A program made the translations under genes and the position numbers. DNA of 64,000 bases from Bacilli bacterium (GTDB taxonomy: Bacteria; Bacillota_I; Bacilli_A; RF39; UBA660): the NCBI GenBank assembly GCA_017622175.1, contig JAGARQ010000038.1, positions 4,510 to 68,509 of the forward strand, written 5' to 3'. The notes beneath the pieces were generated by a model that ran no database searches, had not been told where the DNA came from, and saw nothing but the letters and a program-made list of their open reading frames with translations. Below, one piece after another: positions 1 through 9,000 of the stretch. Within the stretch, counting starts at the first letter, position 1, and each line of letters starts with the position of its first letter.

Positions 1-1
1 T

Positions 2-937
2 TTAAAACATATCTTTTTTCTTTAATAGTATTGCGACTAATAAAGATGTTATTAATGAAATAATAATTACTAATGGAAAAGCATTATCCATTTCAGTTAT
101 TCTTCCTAAATCAATGTTCATTCCTAAGAATGATGAAATCATTGTTGGAATTGATAAAACAATTGTTGCTGCAGCTAAAAATTTCATTGCAATATTTAAG
201 TTATTTGAAACTACAGTTGAATATGTATCTTTAATAGATAATAATATTCCTTTATAAATTGTAGTCATTTCCATTGCTTGTTTATATTCAATAATTGCAT
301 CTTCTAATAATTCACCATCATTTTCATATAGAGGTAGAATATTTCCTTTTGATAGTTTACCTAAAACAACATCATTTGATTTTAATGATGTCATGAAATA
401 TACAAGTGTTTTTTCTATTTCAAGCATATCTACTAAATCTTTATTTTTAGTTGATTTTTTTAGTTCTTCTTCTTTTTGATCAATATCTCTGCTTACTTGT
501 TTTAATACTCGTAAGTATGTTGCGGCTGTGTGAAGAAGGATTTGAATTAAAAATCTTGTTTTTTTAGCAGTTCTAAAATCTTTTACTTTGTCTTGTTTAA
601 AAGCATTAAGAATCGTTGTTTTCTTTGGAGACACTGTAATAACGTAATTATTATCAGTAATTATTATACCAAGTGGTATAGTTGTGTATTGATGATCTTC
701 ATCTAGATATGGTGTATCGACAACTATTAAAGTAGCATTCCCACTACGTTCAATACGTGGTAATTCTTCTACGTCTAACATTTTTGTAATTAGATCTTTG
801 TCTACTAATGTTTTTGCTACAACTTTATCTATTTCATCATTCGTAGGAGTGGTCAGTTCCATCCAGCAGTCCATTGTTATTTTCTTAATTTTTTTAATTT
901 TTTTGTCTACTGAGTTAGTTTTAAATACTTTTAACAT
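2..937 (-). CDS. corA: CorA-family Mg2+/Co2+ transporter
   Basis: C-terminal TM pair with GMN signature (FLGMNIDLG). ATG at 937 lies 8 nt after AGGAG; the upstream GTG/ATG are too close to the RBS. Confidence 0.85.
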   Translation of the reverse strand: MLKVFKTNSVDKKIKKIKKITMDCWMELTTPTNDEIDKVVAKTLVDKDLITKMLDVEELPRIERSGNATLIVVDTPYLDEDHQYTTIPLGIIITDNNYVITVSPKKTTILNAFKQDKVKDFRTAKKTRFLIQILLHTAATYLRVLKQVSRDIDQKEEELKKSTKNKDLVDMLEIEKTLVYFMTSLKSNDVVLGKLSKGNILPLYENDGELLEDAIIEYKQAMEMTTIYKGILLSIKDTYSTVVSNNLNIAMKFLAAATIVLSIPTMISSFLGMNIDLGRITEMDNAFPLVIIISLITSLLVAILLKKKDMF

Positions 938-984
938 TTTCATCACTCCTTTTTATAATTTTTCATATTATAACACAATATTAT

Positions 985-1022
985 TGATAAATAAAGAAAA
1001 AAGTTCTGTTATTCAGAACTTT
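985..1022 (-). terminator. Intrinsic terminator after htrA
   Basis: Inverted repeat aaaagttctg/cagaactttt (998-1007/1013-1022) followed by a U-run on the minus-strand RNA. The htrA stop codon sits in the loop. Confidence 0.7.
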
Positions 1023-2130
1023 TTCCTAGTTTTACTTTTACAGTTTTTTCCTTTGAGTCTCTTATAAATGTAATTTCTACTACATCACCAGCTTGATGTT
1101 GATATAATTCATATCTTAAGTATGCATAATCTTTTACTTCTTTTCCAGCTAGTTTAGTAATAACATCACCTTTTTTAAGTCCTGCTTCTTTGGCACCAGA
1201 GCCATCTACTGCATTTATTACAACTACACCTTGTGTAATTTTTTCATCTAAAATTATTCTGTTTCTATATAGTAATGACGTATCTGTTACGTTGGCCATT
1301 TCGATTCCTAAAAGTGGCCATTCTATTGTTTTTCCAGCTTCTAATGTTTTAACATGACTCATGGCATATTCAATTGGAATTGCGAATCCCATTCCTTCTA
1401 TTTGGTCATCAACTAGTTTTAATGAGCAAATTCCGATAACTTCACCATTTACATTTAGTAATGGTCCACCACTGTTTCCAGGATTAATTGATGCATCTAA
1501 TTGTAATACTCTCATAACCCAGTCATTACTTGAGGTATTTGATACACTTACTGATACCATTCTATCTTTTCCAGATAGTATACCAGATGTAACACTTCCT
1601 CTATAGTCATACCCCATTGGTGCACCAACAGTAAATACTGTATCACCTAAGCGCATATCTTCACTTTTTCCAATATTAGAAATTAAAGTTACTTTTTCTC
1701 TAGCTATTTGGATTACTGCTAGGTCTAGATATTCATCTCCACCTAGTACTTTTCCATCTATTTCTTCATCATTTGACATAACTAAAGTTATTTTATCTCC
1801 ACCTGATACAACATGATTATTTGTTAATAAATAACCATATTTGTCATCAGCTCTATAAACAAAGGCTGTACCTGTTGAAATAACTTGATCTTGTTTATAT
1901 GTTCTTACTAAGGCAGTTGCATCATATATTTTTTCTACTGATGCAGCTAAAGAACCTTTTTCATATACTTGTGTTTCGTTTTTTGTTACTATTGTTCCTC
2001 CACCTGTTGTACCAATAACTTCACTTATAATTGGTGTCCATTTAAGTAATGCAAACATTACTACTCCACCTATTACAAAGGAGAAAGTAACAATAAATAT
2101 CATTTTTAAAGTATCTTGTTTTTTTCTCAT
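1009..2130 (-). CDS. htrA: HtrA/DegP-family serine protease, N-terminal TM anchor and C-terminal PDZ domain
   Basis: Trypsin-like triad contexts TNNHVV, DLAV and GNSGGPL. PDZ-like tail GLKKGDVITKLAGKEV. RBS AAGGAG lies inside the upstream gene. Confidence 0.9.
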   Translation of the reverse strand: MRKKQDTLKMIFIVTFSFVIGGVVMFALLKWTPIISEVIGTTGGGTIVTKNETQVYEKGSLAASVEKIYDATALVRTYKQDQVISTGTAFVYRADDKYGYLLTNNHVVSGGDKITLVMSNDEEIDGKVLGGDEYLDLAVIQIAREKVTLISNIGKSEDMRLGDTVFTVGAPMGYDYRGSVTSGILSGKDRMVSVSVSNTSSNDWVMRVLQLDASINPGNSGGPLLNVNGEVIGICSLKLVDDQIEGMGFAIPIEYAMSHVKTLEAGKTIEWPLLGIEMANVTDTSLLYRNRIILDEKITQGVVVINAVDGSGAKEAGLKKGDVITKLAGKEVKDYAYLRYELYQHQAGDVVEITFIRDSKEKTVKVKLGKSSE

Positions 2131-3077
2131 TCGAGATCCGAACTCCTTTCAATTCTTGCTAGTTCTTTCCAGTTTGATGGGAACCCCATACGATTAAATA
2201 CTTTTTCTATCTTTATAGTATGTAAATTATAATTTAGTGTCTGAATGATATTTTCTAATTCCATTGTCATGTTTTTAAATTCTTCTGTTTGAAGCATTTG
2301 TTTCATAATAATTACTAATGCAAATAAATCATGTTTACCATAAATATATTCTCCTTCTTGTTTTGGAATATCTAATATTTTATGATAAATTGTATCATCA
2401 ATGGCTTTTTGAGTTTTATTTTCAAATAATATATCTTCATGAGCACATAAGTTACGATAGTTTGCTAATATAGGTAAGTATGTTTGGAAATCATCTGGTT
2501 CAATTCCGTATGTTCTAGCAATATCTCTTTGGTCTTCAGCTTTTAATACTGAGTACATTTCACTAACAATACCAAATGATAAGACTTTAACTAAGATCCA
2601 TAAAGGAATATATCCATAATTAGATACATAGTGTAGTGTCGCAGTATGTTGTGAACCATTAACACGAATTTGTCTTTTCATCTTTTTTAATAAATCATTT
2701 AGTTGGCGTTGCTTATCTGGATGTTGTGTAAAGTTTTTGGGTTTTAAGTAATCACGTTCACGATATCCATATTTTTTAGATAATTGATATGATGTTATTG
2801 ATTTTAAGTTATTTTCAATTACTAATAAATACTTAAATAAGACATTTCTAATTGATCTATCAAATAGGAAAAGACTATATAGTTCTTCAAATGTTGTTCC
2901 ATCTAGGTAGTCATTATCTTCTCTTCTTTTCATAAATAAATGACGATATCCATTTAAAAAGAAATAATTTTCACGTAAAAGTACTATTTTTGCGTACTCT
3001 TCATCATTGATAATCATACCTCTATGTTTTAAGATTTCGATTTGTTCATCTAAGTTTTTAAATTGTTTCCCTATCAT
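2127..3077 (-). CDS. Abi_2 (AbiD/AbiF-like) abortive-infection family protein
   Basis: Family pattern EQIEILKHRGMII..., NYFFLNGYRHLF, LFDRSIRN, IPLWILVKVLSFG, YRNLCAHED. ATG 3077 follows AGGTGAG. The TGA stop overlaps the htrA ATG (ATGA). Confidence 0.8.
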   Translation of the reverse strand: MIGKQFKNLDEQIEILKHRGMIINDEEYAKIVLLRENYFFLNGYRHLFMKRREDNDYLDGTTFEELYSLFLFDRSIRNVLFKYLLVIENNLKSITSYQLSKKYGYRERDYLKPKNFTQHPDKQRQLNDLLKKMKRQIRVNGSQHTATLHYVSNYGYIPLWILVKVLSFGIVSEMYSVLKAEDQRDIARTYGIEPDDFQTYLPILANYRNLCAHEDILFENKTQKAIDDTIYHKILDIPKQEGEYIYGKHDLFALVIIMKQMLQTEEFKNMTMELENIIQTLNYNLHTIKIEKVFNRMGFPSNWKELARIERSSDLE

Positions 3078-3214
3078 TATTCTCACCTAGTATAAATTAT
3101 ATCATACTATTTAGAGAAAAAGTATGAAAAATTATGTGTTTTTTATGGTATAATTTAATTACCTCTTTTTTGAGGTTATAATGAGTATTAATATGTTACG
3201 AGGGAGGTAGTTTA

Positions 3215-4186
3215 ATGCCCGCAACAATTACGCATGCTTATTTTGCAAAAGATGTTTTTGATATCTTACCAAGTAATATTAAAAATATAATAGATTGTAG
3301 TAGAATTAAGATGTTTGGACAAAGTATGGATTCATTAATGTTTTATAATCTTTTTTCTATTTTACCAGGTAAAAAGATTAGACAATTTAATTATGATTTC
3401 CATAGATGCAAATCACAAGAATACTTTGTTAATTTAATAAATTTTATTAAAGACAATAATTTAAACGAAGATATGGATGTTTGTTCTTATTTAGCAGGAA
3501 TGATATGTCATTATGTACTTGATTCAAATATACATCCATATATAGTTTATAAGACTGGTGTTTTTGATAAGAAAAAGAAAAATACGTATAAGTATAATCA
3601 TGTTCATGATTTTATGGAAGCTTTTATTGATAATGATATGGTTAAAAGACGAGAAAAAGCAAATCCATATAAGTTTAGACTTGATCAATTTTGTTTTAAT
3701 ACTAGAGAATTTTCTGATAATTTAAATGCTGCTATAGACTATAGTTTTAAAGAAACTTTTTATATTGACAATATGAGTAGTATTTATTACAAATCATTAA
3801 AACAAATGAAGAATTGTCTTTATTTATTTAGAAGAGATCCTTATGGAGTAAAAAAATTCTTTTATAAAGTATTAGACACTTTTACTACAAAAAGAATATT
3901 TAGATTTGAGACTGTGTCATATCACGTTGATTTAGAAGATAAACATAATTATTTAAATTCTAATCATAAGTTGTGGAGAAATCCTACTAGTTATAATATG
4001 ACAAGTACTGAATCGTTTGTTGATTTATATTTAAAATCAATAAAAACTGCTAAAGTATTGATTTGTGCTAGTTTTGATTATATTAATAATAAGGATATTG
4101 AGCTTGAAAAAATATTTACTAATATGAGTTATGTTACTGGAAGAGATTGTGATTTAGATGTAGAACTAAAATATTTTGAATTTTAG
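3215..4186 (+). CDS. Zinc-dependent phospholipase C-like family protein (function uncertain)
   Basis: N-terminal ITHAYFAKDVF and internal HYVLDSNIHPY His/Asp-rich motifs resemble the Zn-PLC/P1-nuclease-like fold. RBS GAGGGAGG. Confidence 0.45.
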   Translation: MPATITHAYFAKDVFDILPSNIKNIIDCSRIKMFGQSMDSLMFYNLFSILPGKKIRQFNYDFHRCKSQEYFVNLINFIKDNNLNEDMDVCSYLAGMICHYVLDSNIHPYIVYKTGVFDKKKKNTYKYNHVHDFMEAFIDNDMVKRREKANPYKFRLDQFCFNTREFSDNLNAAIDYSFKETFYIDNMSSIYYKSLKQMKNCLYLFRRDPYGVKKFFYKVLDTFTTKRIFRFETVSYHVDLEDKHNYLNSNHKLWRNPTSYNMTSTESFVDLYLKSIKTAKVLICASFDYINNKDIELEKIFTNMSYVTGRDCDLDVELKYFEF

Positions 4187-4241
4187 TTCTTTTTTTGTAT
4201 AGTTTATTTTTTATTATTCATACTATTATCAGGTGATACTT

Positions 4242-5312
4242 ATGTTTTATAAATATGAGATTAAAAATAATGGTGTTGAAGATATTTTATACTTATACTT
4301 ATCTATGAGTTTTGAGTTTTCTAGGGAATTAGTTCTTAATTCTAAGGATGATGATTTATGTAGAAGAACTAAGAATTTTATTAGAAATAATAATATTAAT
4401 TATAATGGTAGAAAAGTTTATTTAGTTATAGATGGTATTGTTGTTAAGACTTTGGATATTGCTAAAGAAAGCAATCCCATTGAGATTTTAAAAGATAGTC
4501 TTTATTATTCTAATGAACATTTTTTGGTTAATACTAAATTACAAGATGATAGTATTATTGAACTTCCATTAAAAGAATATTTACTTGGTGTTTTAGCTAA
4601 TAATACAATGATTGGTCTTGATATTGAGGTTATAAAAGCTGTTTGTATTTTATATAGAACTTATGCATTTCTTATGATGAAGAAAAATAAGGTTATTGAT
4701 ATTACTAATAGTTTTGCTTTATACAAGCCTATTTCATATTTTAAGTTAGTATGGACTACTGGATATGATGATATATTAGAATTACTTAATAAAGCAATCA
4801 AAGAGACTGATTGTCTCTTTGTAACTTATAACGAAGAGTATATTTTACCATTTATACATTATTCTAATACTGGTAGAACTTTTTATAATAGAGAGTATGA
4901 ATATCTAAGCTCTGTTAAAAGTTTATGGGATTTAGAATCTCCTTACTACGTTGATGTTAAAACTTATAATTATGATGATTTAAGTAATTTATTAGGGTTT
5001 AATATTTCTGTTAATTCTAAATTTAATATTATTGATGTTGATAGTAGAGATTATGTTAGAAAATTAAGTATTGATGATAAAATATTCTCTTCTGAAGAAT
5101 TTAAAAGTTTATTTGGATTAAAGTCTATGAATATTAATATTATTGTTAATAAAGATGAGTTAAAGATCATTAGCAAGGGTTATGGCAATGGTTATGGTCT
5201 TAGTTTATATGGAGCTAATGAAATGGCTATTAATGGCTGTAGTTTTGCTAATATTTTGAAGTATTACTTTCCTAAAATTAGTATTAATAAATATATAAAA
5301 GAACTTTCGTAA
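4242..5312 (+). CDS. SpoIID/LytB-domain protein (atypical)
   Basis: LKEYLLGVLANNTM...IKAVCILYRTYAF and C-terminal GYGNGYGLSLYGANEMA...ILKYYFP match the SpoIID domain pattern. ATG 4242 follows AGGTGAT. Confidence 0.7.
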   Translation: MFYKYEIKNNGVEDILYLYLSMSFEFSRELVLNSKDDDLCRRTKNFIRNNNINYNGRKVYLVIDGIVVKTLDIAKESNPIEILKDSLYYSNEHFLVNTKLQDDSIIELPLKEYLLGVLANNTMIGLDIEVIKAVCILYRTYAFLMMKKNKVIDITNSFALYKPISYFKLVWTTGYDDILELLNKAIKETDCLFVTYNEEYILPFIHYSNTGRTFYNREYEYLSSVKSLWDLESPYYVDVKTYNYDDLSNLLGFNISVNSKFNIIDVDSRDYVRKLSIDDKIFSSEEFKSLFGLKSMNINIIVNKDELKIISKGYGNGYGLSLYGANEMAINGCSFANILKYYFPKISINKYIKELS

Positions 5313-5335
5313 TGAAAGTTCTTTATTTATTTTAT
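5297..5335. terminator. Bidirectional terminator between the spoIID-like gene and the essC operon
   Basis: Perfect inverted repeat aaagaactttc/gaaagttcttt, with A-run and T-run flanks. Confidence 0.7.
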
Positions 5336-5545
5336 TTTTGATTTTAATGGTTTTAGTACGGCATCAGCATCTTTGTAAATATCTACTGTTGATTTTAAAA
5401 ATGTTGAATACCAATCTACGTTAGAGATAAATGTTTGTAGCATTCCAGCATCTTGCTTTTTAGCAAGTTTATCAACTACATCAGCATTTTCTGCTAATTC
5501 TTTAGCAAATTGAAGTATTTCTTCATATGTAAATTTTCCTATCAT
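5327..5545 (-). CDS. Small helical protein, last gene of essC operon (possible T7SS substrate or chaperone)
   Basis: 72 aa with no TM. Its start overlaps the upstream ORF stop (ATGA). No WXG motif is recognisable. Confidence 0.55.
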   Translation of the reverse strand: MIGKFTYEEILQFAKELAENADVVDKLAKKQDAGMLQTFISNVDWYSTFLKSTVDIYKDADAVLKPLKSKIK

Positions 5546-5802
5546 TCTTCAATTGCCCCCGTTTCCTCATCATCATCTTCTAAGGTAAGGTCTGCAGCAG
5601 GTGCTGGTGTTTGTGCAGGTGCTGGAGTAGATTTTGGAGCTTGTGTATTAAATAGTTTAGCTGCTTCTACAACGGTTGTTTTTGACTCTTCAATACTATC
5701 TGCTATGTTTATATTATCTTGGTCTTTCCAACCAGCTTTTATTTTGGCAGTTATTTCATATATTTTATTAACAGCCATAACAAATTGATTATAATCAGAC
5801 AT
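5542..5802 (-). CDS. Small protein with helical N-terminus, Pro/Ala-rich linker and acidic tail (possible T7SS substrate)
   Basis: 86 aa, begins 9 nt after yukD. KAGWKDQD is not a canonical WXG. C-terminus is PAPAQTPAPAADLTLEDDDEETGAIEE. Confidence 0.55.
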   Translation of the reverse strand: MSDYNQFVMAVNKIYEITAKIKAGWKDQDNINIADSIEESKTTVVEAAKLFNTQAPKSTPAPAQTPAPAADLTLEDDDEETGAIEE

Positions 5803-5811
5803 AGTTACCTC

Positions 5812-6069
5812 CTATATTAAGATTATTCTTGAACCATTTTTTAAATCAGTTTCTCTAACATTTTTATTTACATCATATATTTGACCTGTTTCCTTACTAT
5901 AGAAATTAGTGTCTAATTTCATTTCGTAAGCTCCTTCGGTTATTTCTACTAAAGCTTGTTCAATTAATTTTTTGATTGTTCCTATTCTTTTATTTATAGG
6001 AATATATAAATCATATGATTTTTCAATTAGTGGAATTTCTAGTTCTATTAATATTTTATTTTTATTCAT
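5812..6069 (-). CDS. esaB: YukD/EsaB ubiquitin-like type VII secretion protein
   Basis: 85 aa with a beta-grasp-like pattern ending LKNGSRIILI. It starts 11 nt downstream of the essC stop. Confidence 0.75.
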   Translation of the reverse strand: MNKNKILIELEIPLIEKSYDLYIPINKRIGTIKKLIEQALVEITEGAYEMKLDTNFYSKETGQIYDVNKNVRETDLKNGSRIILI

Positions 6070-6080
6070 ATTACTATCTC

Positions 6081-9000
6081 CTATTCATTTGAAATAAATT
6101 TAATTAAAGTAGCTTTACCTTTCTTAATAACATAACCGAATTTTGGATCAATCTCAGCACGAAGTGTTCTGGCATTTGTTGTAACTTTAAGAGTGAATTG
6201 GTTAGCAATACCATTTCCAATCCAGATTCCTGCTGATAGGTCAATACTTGCTTTGTACCAAGCTTCATAACTGATTGATTTAATTTGATCAATAGTTTCT
6301 ACCATAATAAAGCGAATTGTTCCTAATGAACTTGAATTTTGTATTGCTAAAGTAAAGTTTCCTTTTTCTAGAGCTGTCATTTTTTGGAATAATGAGTTTA
6401 GTCCAACAATCATACACACTACTTCGTCAGGAGTATTATTTGCTTTTTTAGCATTACATATATCAATTACTTTAGTTACTACATCTTTACATGTACCACT
6501 ACCATATGTAATTGTTTCTTCTGCAAATGTTGTTCCATTTAACGCATTTGCTGCATCCAAGATAATACATTGTGTATTTGGAACTTTAACAACTGCTCTA
6601 GCAATTCCATGTAGGAATCCAGGAAGAGATGTAACATCTTCTCCAGTAATGTTGTAAATGTAAGAGTCTTTTAAGTTGATTGTTGCAATCTCTAAAGATT
6701 CTTTTTCTACTCCTACTGGGATTGTTCTTAAGTTTCCAAGTACTTCTGCAACTTCTTCTTGACCAATTGTTTCTGGTAATATTGGTACTTTCTTAGCTTT
6801 GTAAGTACAAATTTCTGCTAATTTTGTACAGATTATTCTAATATAATCTGACATTTTTTCTTCCTTGTATGGATATGCTGTTTGGAATTCATAAATTGCG
6901 TCTAGTGCAATCATACCACGACCAAATACTTTTGAAGGTTCTTTCTTTCTAACTCCTGGAAGAACACTTGCATAGTCTGATGGGTCATTGAATTGTAATA
7001 CAACATTTTGACGGAAGTTTTGTCTAATACGATATCTTACTGTATTTGGACCATTTGTTGTGAACATAAATACTACTCCGTATTTTAAACAATCACGAGT
7101 AATTTGTCCTAAGATTTCTTCATAATCACCATAAGTTTCCATAAATGCTTCTACATTGTTGATTGCAACAATGATTAATGGAAGTTGTTTTCCTCCATGA
7201 TTAATATAGAAATCGAATGATCCATTGTAATCTACAAATAGACGTTTACGTTCTTCGATGATTTTTGTAATCATCTTAAATAAATTATCAATTTTTTCAT
7301 TATCTGCAGCAAGTAATACTTCTCCAACATGTGGTGCTTTTTTGAACATAGTCATTGTTTCTGCACCAAAGTCTAAGATGTAGAAGTTTACTTCTGATGA
7401 ATCATGAGTAGTTATTGTAGAATAAATAATACTTGTTAGCATTAATTCTTTTCCACTACCACCGGATCCAAAGATAATAGCATTTCCATCTCTTGAAAGC
7501 GGAAGTGTTAATAAGTGTTGTTGTTGGTTATCTGGGTCATCATATTCTCCGATAACTGGGTTAATATCATTTTTCTTAATTTGATAGTTATATTTTTTCT
7601 TTAATTCTTCAACATAAATTGTATCTGGAATCTTATCTAACCATAATTGTTCAATTTCAATGTTTTCAGCTTTTGCTTCATCAACTATGTATTGAATGAT
7701 ACTTGTGATTTCTTCTCCTTTTGCTTCTACAACAACATCATCTTGTTTTGTATCTAGGTTTTTAATTACGTTTCCAACATTATCAATAATGTTAATTGAT
7801 TGGTCAACTTTCTTTTTACGTTTTTCTGTTGGATAGTATTTAGCACCTGCCCATGCAGCTTGTCCCATTGCGAATAATTCGTTATAACCTACTTGTAAGT
7901 AGAAACGACCTGCTTCTTTTAAGTTGGCTGCGTCTGGTACTCTAATCATGTCGTTACTATCTGCTTTATCTTGAACTTTTAAACAAACACGGAATTTTGA
8001 GTTTGACCAAATTTGTTCATTAACTACTCCGGCTGGTTTTTGTGTTGCTAGGATTAAGTGAACTCCTAGGGAACGTCCGATACGGGCAGTTGAAATTAAT
8101 TGTTCCATGAATTCTGGTCTTTGCGCCTTTAATTCGGCGAACTCATCACTTATGATAAATAAATGTGAAATTGGTTTATCTACTAAACCTTTACGATATA
8201 ATCCTTGATATTTATAAATATCAATAGTACTTTCATTTAATTTATCTCTTGCTTCATTAAACATTCTTTGACGTTTACGAAGTTCTGATTGAATTGATGC
8301 TAAGGAACGGTTCATTTCATTTGTATCTAAGTTGGTAATTGTTCCTGCTAAGTGAGGAAGTTTCATTCCTGTTTCTCTGTTTTCAAAAGCTCCTGTTAAA
8401 CCTCCACCTTTATAGTCGATAAGTACGAATGATACTTCGTATGGATGGTAGTTAAGAGCCATTGACATAATGTAACTAATGATAAACTCTGATTTACCTG
8501 AACCTGTCATACCAGCGATAAGTCCGTGAGGTCCGTGGAATTTTTCATGTAAATCTAGTTTAAATAGTTCTCTTGTCTTATCTACTCCAACTGGTGCTTG
8601 TAATGACTTAGTTGGATCATTTTGTTTCCATCTATTTAAGATATTTAATTGTTCTACCATACCTACATTGTACATTTCTAGGAATGTAAGTGCATTTGGT
8701 AGAGATTGATTTTCTTTTGCAATATCAATAGGAATATTTGCTAAGATTTTACAACATTCAAACATATTTAGTGTTGGATCAAAATCTGCTAAGAATTCTT
8801 TTTGTTTATTTGAAACTAATTCGTTTTCAAATACCCCTGATTTCTTATCTCCAATACTTACGAATGTTTTACATTCATTTGGAATGTTAATTAATCTTGG
8901 ACTTACTACGATTAAACTGAAACCATAGTTAACATTTGATTCAGCAACGTCTTTAATAATTTCAATATCTCTAATACCTTTATAGTCGTCTGTAAAAATT

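Noticed and set aside
798-1067. Plus-strand 89-aa ORF overlapping the corA 5' end and the htrA 3' end. Similar antisense ORFs occur at 1361-1606, 9317-9787, 10868-11092, 11794-12156, 12333-12689, 16052-16526, 22051-22404, 31497-31820, 38997-39374, 49311-50363, 51402-51713 and elsewhere.
   Set aside because: They lie antisense to strongly supported genes and have Leu/Phe/Ile/Ser-rich low-complexity translations typical of AT-rich shadow frames. None has a convincing RBS.
5510-5788. Plus-strand 92-aa ORF with Ser/Ala/Gly runs, opposite the 86-aa gene.
   Set aside because: It is the mirror image of the Pro/Ala/acidic-rich region of the minus-strand ORF. That ORF has the RBS and is coupled within the operon.
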